Shown piece after piece: positions 1 to 9,092 of a stretch of 64,000 bases of DNA. The DNA comes from Antedon mediterranea (lineage: Eukaryota > Animalia > Echinodermata), in assembly GCF_964355755.1 (NCBI RefSeq), contig NC_092678.1, positions 9,564,422 to 9,628,421 of the forward strand, written 5' to 3'. A program made the translations under genes and the position numbers. The notes under the pieces were generated by a model that was not told the origin of the DNA, did no database searches, and saw only the letters and a program-made list of their open reading frames with translations. How positions within the stretch are numbered: position 1 is the stretch's first letter; every line of letters starts with the position of its first letter.

Positions 1-555
1 TGGATGATGTTAATATGAAAGTGTATGCCACATCAGGATTTGAACCCGAGACCTTCGACAAGAGTGCCGATGCTCTACCAGCTGAGCTATGATAGCATTC
101 TATAAAAGAAATAGATTTTAGTGATTAGCATGGATTAACACATTCTATAAACTACTAAACAAATAAACATGCATGCAGTTATCTGGTGGATGATGTTAAT
201 ATGAAAGTGTATGCCACATCAGGATTTGAATCTGAGTGATTAGCATAGATTAAATTAAAGTAAAATAAACACACAAACACATTCTATAAACTACTAAACA
301 AAAAAAAAACATGCATGCAGTTATCTGGTGGATGATGTTAATATGAAAGTGTATGCCACATCAGGATTTGAACCTGAGACTTTCAACAAGAGTGCCGATG
401 CTCTACCAGCTGAGCTATGATAGTATTCTATAAAAGAAATAGATTTTAGTGATTAGCATGGATTAACACATTCTATAAACCACTAAAACAAAATATTAAA
501 AATTAAATACACAGTTATTGAGTGGATGATGTATGACACATCAGGATTTGAACTA
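1..555 (-). repeat. tRNA-derived tandem repeat family A (186-bp long and ~140-bp short units), intronic, truncated by window edge
   Basis: Anchor TGGATGATGTTAATATGAAAGTGTATGCCACATCAGGATTTGAA recurs at 1, 187 and 329, with a degenerate copy at ~523. Confidence 0.95.
26..96 (-). pseudogene. tRNA-like sequence (pseudo-tRNA / SINE head)
   Basis: Minus strand reads GCTATCATAGCTCAGCTGGTAGAGCATCGGCACTCTTGTCGAAGGTCTCGGGTTCAAATCCTGATGTGGCA: A box TAGCTCAGCTGG, D stem GCTC/GAGC, anticodon stem TCGGC/GTCGA with a 6-nt loop, T stem TCGGG/CCTGA with loop TTCAAAT, bulged acceptor stem. Other full copies at ~354-424, 2690-2760, 3014-3084 and 3617-3687. Confidence 0.85.
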
Positions 556-1095
556 GATGTAAATGTTCAGAAATAAGGTTATTTATTTATTATAAAATTA
601 TGTGTGAATATTTTTGCCTTTAAAATAGTTTACTTTTCCCATTCTCCTAGTTTAATTTAATAAAATTAAAATTGCCAATCATCCAATGCCTGAAATAAAA
701 GGTAACATACTACATTTTTATATATCAATAGTAAAAGTAAAAGGATAGCCAGCCAGACAACCATAATAATATTGTGCAAGAATGCACCCAGATAGATTAA
801 GGGTACTTGGAAATCAATTAACTACTACTGTACTTAGTTTAGTAAAAGGATTTTGATCATTTACATAGTGACCTTGTCCTGGTAAATACAGGTGAACCTT
901 AGAACAATATCATAATTAACATTTTACCTATACCTAATTACCTTTACTAACACAATGACTAAATAAGCTAGGATTAAGGTTAGTTTTAGTTATTTCTCCT
1001 AGTTTCTCCTAGTCTTTACCTAATAACATACAATATGATAAATCTTATGATTATCAATACATTTTATGGATAAAGAAATAATATAAAAAACATAC

Positions 1096-1167
1096 CAACT
1101 ATGCTTTTAATTGTTTTCTCAGATTTTCTGAGATAATGGGATTGTTCGTCCGCCGAAACTAGATCAC
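1096..1167 (-). CDS. Exon of putative tyrosine-recombinase-like gene (GDLVSADEQSHYLRKSEKTIKSIV); gene continues beyond the left edge
   Basis: cttttaag| acceptor, |gtatgt donor, 72 nt, phase 1-1, in frame with exon 1270-1484. Confidence 0.75.
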
Positions 1168-1269
1168 CTTAAAAGAAAATTAAAACATATTATTATTATT
1201 ATTTCAATTTAAATAATATGACTTTCAAACATTTGATGAAAAGAAAAACTTTAATTCAGTAGATGTTAC

Positions 1270-1484
1270 CTTCAATTTCTTCGTGCTTTTTGGCCTTCTC
1301 TTCAGAAATGCGTTTTCTGAGAGCTTTGCTCAGGCCTTTGCATGCATCTTTGCACTTGTATATTTCGGCAAGCGAAACAGATTTAGATTCGTATATTGAA
1401 ATGTAGTCCAATATTTTCACAAAGGAGCACAGGTAGTGTCTTAACGTGGAGCCAGCAAGCTTCAATTGTAAATGGCTAACAGCA
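1270..1484 (-). CDS. Exon of putative tyrosine-recombinase-like gene (helical core-binding-like region, AGSTLRHYLCSFVKILDY...LSKALRKRISEEKAKKHEE)
   Basis: Lies within ORF 1256..1492; tgtttag| acceptor, |gtaaca donor, 215 nt, phase 2-1, in frame with both neighbouring exons. The STLRHYL..F motif and SK.LRK helix recall the region preceding the catalytic domain in animal YR proteins (recognition from memory). Confidence 0.75.
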
Positions 1485-1799
1485 CTAAACAATTATTTTT
1501 AAAAAAATGAAAAGAAGAGTACAATACACAAAAATCAAATATTAAAATATGTAATATCTTCATTATAGTAATTAGGATCGAGTGATTCATGGTAACTTCA
1601 CATGGTTTAAAATTCAATTCAAATTCAACTTAACATTTATTTCTTCCTTCAAGAAAATGAAGGTAGCAGGCAATAATACATTATACTCACAATCTATAGC
1701 TGACATTTAAGAAAACTTTTTATTTTAATGCTAAATGAAATTTAAATTGTTTGGCTTCTTCCTTTTTCTATTAATATAATTGTAATAAAAAAATGTTAC

Positions 1800-1947
1800 G
1801 TCTTTAATATCTTTGGAGAATATCCCTTCTCCCCTGCTTCACTCCAAATTCCCTCTATCCCCTTTATGACCTGTGCTGCATGCTTTGCCGGTATTTTTAA
1901 AGTTTCTAACATGTAGGCCTTGAACCGGCTCATTGTTGTAGATGGCT
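1800..1947 (-). CDS. Exon of the same gene (EPSTTMSRFKAYMLETLKIPAKHAAQVIKGIEGIWSEAGEKGYSPKILK)
   Basis: Lies within ORF 1796..2005; ttctatag| acceptor, |gtaaca donor, 148 nt, phase 1-2. Confidence 0.75.
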
Positions 1948-2312
1948 CTATAGAAGTTAAAAAGACTTTAATGACATTAAAAATAAGTCCATTCTTGGAA
2001 AACAAAGTTCAGGATCCGAAAGTTGACCCATGACATAATTATTATTATATTACAATTGTTATTACAGTAATTTTATTTATTAGTGTCTGGGATTGGTTAT
2101 CTAAATTAATAGTAATTATTTGGGATAAAGAGAACTTTGTATTTGACCTAAATGTAGTAGTTAGTAGTAGAAATTAGGTAATTATAATTCTCCAGCATAG
2201 ATAAAATGAATTGTTTTTGTCAATAAAAGGTACACATTTATTTTTAAATTGAAACTATTAATTATCTATCGAAAAATGAAACTTTATAATAATTTTATAA
2301 ATAAAAGGTTAC

Positions 2313-2359
2313 CTGCAAATTTACAGACTTTTTGTTGTCTGAACTTAATATATTCAGGA
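2313..2359 (-). CDS. Small exon of the same gene (PEYIKFRQQKVCKFA)
   Basis: Poly-T ...ttggcag| acceptor, |gtaacc donor, 47 nt, phase 2-1, joins exon 1800-1947 in frame. Confidence 0.65.
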
Positions 2360-2429
2360 CTGCCAACCAAAAAAAAAATGTAAATGTATAACTTACCTAT
2401 ATAACTTTGATTTGCATCACAATTAAGCT

Positions 2430-4700
2430 AAGAAATTAGCATGGATTAAGACTTACAGCGAAAATTAAAGTATTTAAAAACAATTACAAAGTAAATAAAA
2501 AATAAACATGCATGCAGTAATCTGGTGGATGATGTTAATATGAAAGTGTATGCCACATCAGGAATTGAATCTGAGTGATTACCATAGATTAAATTAAAAT
2601 AAAATAAACACACAAACACATTCTATAAACTACTAAACAAATAAACATGCATGCAGTTATCTGGTGGATGATGTTAATATGACAGTGTATGCCACATCAG
2701 GATTCAAACCCGAGACCTTCGACAAGAGTGCCGATGCTCTACCAGCTGAGCTATGATAGCATTCTATAAAAGAAATAGATTTTAGTGATTAGCATGGATT
2801 AACATATTCTATAAACTACTAAACAAAAAAACGTGCATGCAGTTATCTGGTGGATGATGTTAATATGAAGGTGTATGGCACATCAGGATTTGAATCTGAA
2901 AAATTAGCATAGATTAAACTAAAATAAAACAAAACACAAACACATTCTATAAACTACTAAACAAATAAACATGCATGCAGTTATCTGGTGGATGATGTTA
3001 ATATGAAAGTGTATGCCACATCAGGATTTGAACCCGAGATCTTCGACAAGAGTGCCGATGCTCTACCAGCTGAGCTATGATAGCATTCTATAAAAGAAAT
3101 AGATTTTAGTGATTAGCATAGATTAACACATTCTATAAACTACTAAACAAAAAAAACATGCATGCAGTTATCTGGTGGATGATGTTAATATGAAAGTGTA
3201 TGCCACATCAGGATTTGAATCTGAGTGATTAGCATAGATTAAATTAACAAAAATAAACACACAAACACATTCTATAAACTACTAAACAAATAAACATGCA
3301 TGCAGTTATCTGGTGGATGATGTTAATATGAAAGTGTATGCCACATCAGGATTTTAATCCGAGTGATTAGCATAGATTAAATTAAAGTAAAATAAACACA
3401 CAAACACATTCTATAAACTACTAAACAAAAAAACATGCATGCAGTTATCTGGTAGATGATGTTAATATGAAAGTGTATGCCACATCAGGATTTGAATCTG
3501 AAAAATTAGCATAGATTAAATTAAAATAAAACAAACACACAAACACATTCTATAAACTACTAAACAAATAAACATGCATGCAGTTATCTGGTGGATGATG
3601 TTAATATGAAAGTGTATGCCACATCAGGATTTGAACCCGAGACCTTCGACAAGAGTGCCGATGCTCTACCAGCTGAGCTATGATAGCATTCTATAAAAGA
3701 AATAGATTTTAGTGATTAGCATGGATTAACACATTCTATAAACTACTAAACAAAAAAAACATGCATGCAGTTATCTGGTGGATGATGTGAGATATGAAAG
3801 TGTATGCCACATCCGAATTTGAATCTGAAAAATTAGTATAGATTAAATTAAAAAAAACAAAAACTGAAACACATTCTATAAACTACTAAACAAATAAACA
3901 TGCATGCAGTTATCTGGTGGATGATGTTAATATGAAAGTGTATGCCACATCAGGATTTGAATCTGAAAAATTAGCATAGATTAAATTTTTTAAAAACAAA
4001 CACACAAACACATTCTATAAACTAGTAAACAAATAAACATGCATGCAGTTATCTGGTGGATGATGTTAATATGAAAGTGTATGCCACATCAGGATTTGAA
4101 TCTGAGTGATTAGCATAGATTAAATTAAAATAAAACAAACATACAAACACATTCTATAAACTACTAAACAAATAAACATTCATGCAGTTATCTGGTGGAT
4201 GATGTTAATATGAAAGTGTATGCCACATCAGGATTTGAATCTGAGTGATTAGCATAGATTAAATTAAAATAAAACAAACACACAAACACATTCTATAAAC
4301 TACTAAATAAATAAACATGCATGCAGTTATCTGGTGGATGATGTTAATATGAAAGTGTATGCCACATCAGGATTTGAATCTGAAAAATTAGCATAGATTA
4401 AATAAAAAAAAAACAAACATACAAACACATTCTATAAACTACTAAACAAATAAACATGCATGCAGTTATCTGGTGGATGATGTTAATATGAAAGTGTATG
4501 CCACATCCGAATTTGAATGTGGTGGATTTAAGCATAGATTAAAATAAAACAAACACACATTCTATTAAATACTAACAAAATAATAAATAATTTTAAAGTG
4601 TACTGCATGTACACCTCAAAATTTGGACCTGAGACAGAGTGGTGATACTCTACGAACTCTAAAAAATAGATTTTTGTAATTAACATACATATTTTAAAAA
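2430..4700 (-). repeat. tRNA-derived tandem repeat family A, ~14 units, intronic
   Basis: Mix of ~139-bp (3'-half only) and ~186-bp (full tRNA-like) units; anchors at 2526, 2665, 2851, 2989, 3176, 3314 and onward; degenerate unit at ~4600-4690. Confidence 0.95.
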
Positions 4701-4845
4701 AAAATAAACAATAAACAAACAATTATAATAGTTGGAAATACATTACTACTCTACACACTATTTCTTGGTCTGAAATAAAACAAAAAATTTAATTTAACAT
4801 TTGATTGAACATATATCTGCTAAAGTTGAAAGAATTTTAACTTAC

Positions 4846-4959
4846 AGGGAATTTATGCTTCCTTTGCAGATGCATGTCATACCTTGCCAGGTTTTTAGCC
4901 GAACATCCAGGCACACTGCAGGAATGTCTGGCCTTTTTTTCCCCCTTTATCATTAGTAT
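4846..4959 (-). CDS. Exon encoding C2H2-like zinc finger 2 (ILMIKGEKKARHSCSVPGCSAKNLARYDMHLQRKHKFP)
   Basis: ttttctag| acceptor, |gtaagt donor, 114 nt open, Cx4C-x10-Hx4H pattern. Phase 0-0 does not join the nearest confident exons directly, so microexons or a lesion are implied. Confidence 0.7.
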
Positions 4960-5307
4960 CTAGAAAACTTTAAATGATACACTCATGATAACTAGATAAA
5001 ACATACAAAACTGTTTATCATTTTTCAATAATCCAATCACAGTATTCAATTCACCCAAAAATAGAAACCATTGAGAATGTTTGGTTTTCAATACATTACA
5101 AGTGCAGTTTTCGGTTTCCAGTATTGGTAGAGTTAACTAGTAAAATATTCTATAAAAAAGAAACTGCAAACAAAACTAAGATAAATAAAAATATGTAATT
5201 TATTATATTTAGCTGAAGAAACTCCATGTTATACTTAACAATATGTTATTTATAATTTAGCTGGTAACCACATGAAAAAAATTGTTCATAATGAATGAAG
5301 TACTCAC

Positions 5308-5435
5308 CTTTTTCTAGCATCAGCAACCATGTTTTTAATTATTTCTCTATTTATTATTTTGTGGGCCTTTTCCAGATGGCTGGCAAGGTACCTGCTTATG
5401 CGGCCACACAGAATGCATGTTAACAATTTTCTGTT
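5308..5435 (-). CDS. Exon encoding C2H2-like zinc finger 1 (NRKLLTCILCGRISRYLASHLEKAHKIINREIIKNMVADARK)
   Basis: cctacag| acceptor, |gtgagt donor, 128 nt, phase 0-2, CxxC-x9-Hx4H pattern. Confidence 0.75.
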
Positions 5436-5758
5436 CTGTAGGCAATAATAAACCATGACTATTTTGAATGAATGCTTTAAGGTCTATTCATTATCAACAA
5501 CCAATATCAAAATATAAAATTTTATATTATTTGTATTCAATAAAAAAAACTATTTTAATGAAGTTAAATAATTTAAGACTTCAGTAACCACAGATGTAAA
5601 CTACAACTATCTACGGTAATTAGATTTTTGATGCTAATCTACAGGGAAAATTTAATCTAGCTAAATTGATAATAAAAAAAATGAGGAAACAAAGTTTAAG
5701 TTAATATTTTACTTCAAATTAAGTACAAAAGTATATTCAATATGCTACTTTCCCTTAC

Positions 5759-5783
5759 AGCTTTCTTCTTTTCTATGTCCTTC
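5759..5783 (-). CDS. Basic microexon (KKDIEKKKA)
   Basis: tttattag| acceptor, |gtaagg donor, 25 nt, phase 2-0, bridges 5977-6006 and 5308-5435 in frame. Confidence 0.65.
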
Positions 5784-5976
5784 CTAATAAAAACAAAATA
5801 CAACACATAGGTATTAAAGGAAAAGTACTGATAAAGTAATATAATATTTCATGTTAACTGTATATAACTACCATATTTTTATTTTTACATTATTTAATAA
5901 CATAGCATTTAGGGCCTAAGTGATCCATTGGCTGTTTATTTTAATTACAGTATTAGTCAAAAAATATTATATTTAC

Positions 5977-6006
5977 TTTTTTCCCTTCTTTTGAAAATCA
6001 CTATAC
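5977..6006 (-). CDS. Microexon (MYSDFQKKGK)
   Basis: ttgtttag| acceptor, |gtaaat donor, 30 nt, phase 2-2. Confidence 0.6.
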
Positions 6007-6194
6007 CTAAACAAATTAAAAAAATATTGTTATGGTTATAGTAATAACTAAAGTTAACACAAATAAGGATGCTCAATAGTATATGTTTTGCTACATAATA
6101 AGCTCAATCTAGAAAAATAATACTGGTAAATTTTAGAAAATGATAAACTATGTTCATTCTAGAATGTCTAAATACAAAACAGTTCATAACTTAC

Positions 6195-6404
6195 ATCTCA
6201 ACTACCTCCTCTTCTTTTTCCTCGTCTTCTTTCTCGCTTTCTTCTTCTTCTTCTTCCTCCTCCTCCTCCTCCTCCATCTCCTCCTCCTCCTCCATGTTTT
6301 CCTCTTCCTCCATTTCTTCTTCCTCGTCTTCTTTCTCATTTTCTTCCTCCTCCATGTTTTCCTCTTCCTTATTTTCTTTCTTCTCAAATTCTCCATCCTC
6401 ACTT
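6195..6404 (-). CDS. Glutamate-rich acidic exon (SEDGEFEKKENKEEENMEEEENEKEDEEEEMEEEENMEEE...EEVVE)
   Basis: taatag| acceptor, |gtaagt donor, 210 nt, phase 2-2, GAR-codon tract. The three listed ORFs here are alternative frames of this low-complexity exon. Confidence 0.75.
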
Positions 6405-6888
6405 CTATTAATAGTTCACAAAGTACACACAAATATTGTAGGTGTATTAAAATAAAAGTCGAAAAAAAAAAACTATTTATAGACCTACTATGAAATAATA
6501 TAGAAATTATATAAGCATGTATGTTTGCACAAATTAGAATAGATGTTTGGCTTTAGGTAAATAAACAACAGTATATATCCTATTCTTCGTTAACAAAATA
6601 ATTTCAAGTATTTATTTTTTAACAAAAATAAGTTTGAATTGTATGGTGTGAATAATAAAGTATAAATAATTACGTCAAAATAAAACAAAATTGTAAATTT
6701 ATGGCAAAAATGGTTTATCACAGATAACAAATCACCCGAGTTAACTAACTGGTTAATTATTGAACCGATTAATATTAAAATTTGCAAGGTAGGCTCAAAT
6801 TAAACCCTAGCCATCAGCGCAAGATCAGTAATCTGGATGTCGTGGTTCATACAAACACAACAGATTTATTCTCAAATTGGATACTTAC

Positions 6889-6918
6889 ACTTTGTCAGAC
6901 ATGTAGTCTTCTTTGCTA
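6889..6918 (-). CDS. Candidate upstream microexon (SKEDYMSDK)
   Basis: ttattag| acceptor, |gtaagt donor, 30 nt, phase 2-2, compatible with the acidic exon; contains a possible start ATG. Confidence 0.5.
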
Positions 6919-7864
6919 CTAATAATAAAATTAAACAAATATTGTTAGTTAATTTTTACTTTGAAAAACAAATACAGGCTCTAATTATTAACCTCTTTTA
7001 TTTCATTAAAGCAAATAATTAAAAAAATCATTTCAAACCCTTACTTTTTTATCATTATGAATAAAAATGAATAAAGGTTTGTTTATAACATGTCATTTTT
7101 CAAGAAGGCTGTACCAACGAAGATACAATATTGGAATTAAAAATAAAATACTTACCATCTAAATTTGTCATGGATGTAAAAATGGAGTAATTTATCAATA
7201 AATTTCTAACTATACTTACCAGTCTTTATGATTAAAAAAAATCGCTTTCAGTTAATTCATCAGGTTGCTATAAAAAAATAATGTTATTATTGTATATTTG
7301 TTAAAAATAATTAAACTAAAGTTATCCGTAACTATTATTACATAGTGCAGTATTATTATTACTTTTCTAAGGCTTAACCTTACTTTTATATACTGTACTT
7401 GAAAAAGTTGAATTCCATGACTAATTTAAGCTCTAGATAAATGGATTATTACATTTGTGATTCAGCCAAGGAGCATTATCAGTACGGGACATGTCAGCTC
7501 ATTTAGGAGATTAGATTAGTAATGACGTACATTTTATAAAAAGTCTGCTTTAGCGATAACATTTTATAAACTTAAAATACCAACAACTGACAACAACCAT
7601 TTGGTCCAGCATAAAATCTGGATGTTTCAGTATACAAAGCGAGTTGAATCGCTCCACCAAACCTGGAATAAATCATCCTGGATTCAGGTAAATTTAGGTA
7701 AATGAATTGTTTACTTACGGGTGAATTACAAAAACGGTCCATTTTGAAATAATCTGTGGAACAAATGATACATTTTTTGAAGAAAAAAAAAGCACTGAAG
7801 CCAGGGGTAGCATATACTTGCTAACGAGAAGGGCCTACTGTGGTCCAAATTTTAATACCCTCTC

Positions 7865-8375
7865 CTTTATGCTAGGCCTAGGGGCCTACTCTAACCTAGC
7901 TAGTGTGGTATGATTGATAGGCCTAGCTAGAGACTAGGCCTATACATGACATAGGCCTACACCTAACCTCCTATCTAGGCTACAGACAGATTCAGCCAAC
8001 TAGGCTAGGCCTAAACTATTATTAACCTAGCCTAGGCCTAGCTAGGTAGACCAGGCTAGTAGGCCCTATAGCCTGGCCCAAGGAGGTAGGTTTAGTTCCT
8101 ACCCTATCTAGGCCTATAATAATACTTTAATACGCAGGCCTAGGCCTAGCTAGGTAGGCTATGCCTCCTAGGCTAGGCCTAGCTAAGCTAGCTAGGACCT
8201 AGCCTAGCTAGGAGGGCTTATTAATTATTGTTAGGCATCTAGCTAGCTAGCTAGGCCTAGCCTAGCTAGGCCTAGGCCTAGCCCTCTAGGGCCTAGGCTA
8301 GTAGGCCTAAGCCTAACTAGGGGCCTCTAGGCTAGGCCTAGCCTAGGCCTAGCTAGGCCTAGCTAGGCTAGGCCA
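7865..8375. repeat. TAGGCCTA/CTAG-rich palindromic low-complexity tract
   Basis: Dense irregular repeats of TAGGCCTA, CTAGCTAG and GGCTAG; scattered copies also at 10880-11110. Confidence 0.9.
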
Positions 8376-8525
8376 CAATCATTTTATGGTGGTATTTTTT
8401 TATTTTGGCCATTTAAAACAAAAAATCTCTGTACTTTAGTACAGGGATTAAGGCACTTGGTTATGCAATAAAAATTTATGTTAGGATAATAAAATGTAAT
8501 AAAAGTACCTAGCTTATAGCCTTAC

Positions 8526-8616
8526 CTTTCTACAAACAGTCTGTTTTAACGATCAGATCAATACAGATGAATTTAAAAATTTAAAAAAACACCGCGTCCG
8601 GATGGGTTTATTTATA
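8526..8616 (-). promoter_or_regulatory. Candidate TATA promoter and short non-coding first exon of the minus-strand gene
   Basis: TATAAATA on the minus strand at 8609-8616; strong donor AAG|GTAAGG at 8526/8525; locally CpG-containing. Confidence 0.45.
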
Positions 8617-8767
8617 AAATTAGTGAAAGAGGCTGAATGCCAGTGATTACCTAACTGCTGAAAATTCTTCAATCGACGCGAGTGCATCTGAAATCAGCAT
8701 AATTGCACCCAAAAAACAGGTTGCATCGCGATATGCTGATCGGCCGCCGCTGATTAGCATTGAAAAG

Positions 8768-9092
8768 TTGCATTGTGCGCTCCCTCTCTGATCTATCTCT
8801 CTCTCTCGCTGATCTATCTCTCTCTTGATGATCTATCTCTCTCTCTCTCGCTGATCTATCTATCTCTCTCTCGCTGATCTATCTCTCTCTCGCTGATCTA
8901 TCTATCTCTCTCACGCTGATCTATCTCTCTCTCGCTGATCTATCTATCTCTGTCTCGCTGATCTATCTATCTCTCTCTCTCGCTGATCTCTCTCTCTCTC
9001 GCTGATCTAACTCTCTCTCTCTGATCTATCTCTCTCTCTCGCTGATCTATCTCTCTCTTGCTGATCTATCTCTCCTCAGAGCGCACATGCAA
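8768..9092. other. Inverted 14-15 bp arms flanking a minisatellite (candidate recombination half-sites / element termini)
   Basis: TTGCATTGTGCGCTC (8768-8782) and GAGCGCACATGCAA (9079-9092) are reverse complements with a 1-nt indel; CCTC lies at both inner borders (8783-8786, 9074-9077). Confidence 0.55.
8783..9078 (+). repeat. (GCTGATCTATCTCTCTCTCTC)n compound mini/microsatellite, ~14 units
   Basis: Directly visible; unit 19-25 bp with variable (TC)n/(TATC)n. Confidence 0.95.

Noticed and set aside
26-96. Functional tRNA gene
   Set aside because: 6-nt anticodon loop and bulged acceptor stem; family B cores fold even less well.
6140-6493. Poly-Leu/Phe, poly-Ser and poly-Arg/Lys ORFs (6140..6493, 6150..6455, 6202..6432)
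   Set aside because: Alternative frames and strands of one purine-rich tract; the splice-bounded Glu-rich frame (6195-6404, minus) fits its neighbouring exons.
7040-7270. Additional upstream coding exons (donors at ~7045, 7156, 7220)
   Set aside because: Could not be chained in frame; 7220-7267 needs a homopolymer frameshift.
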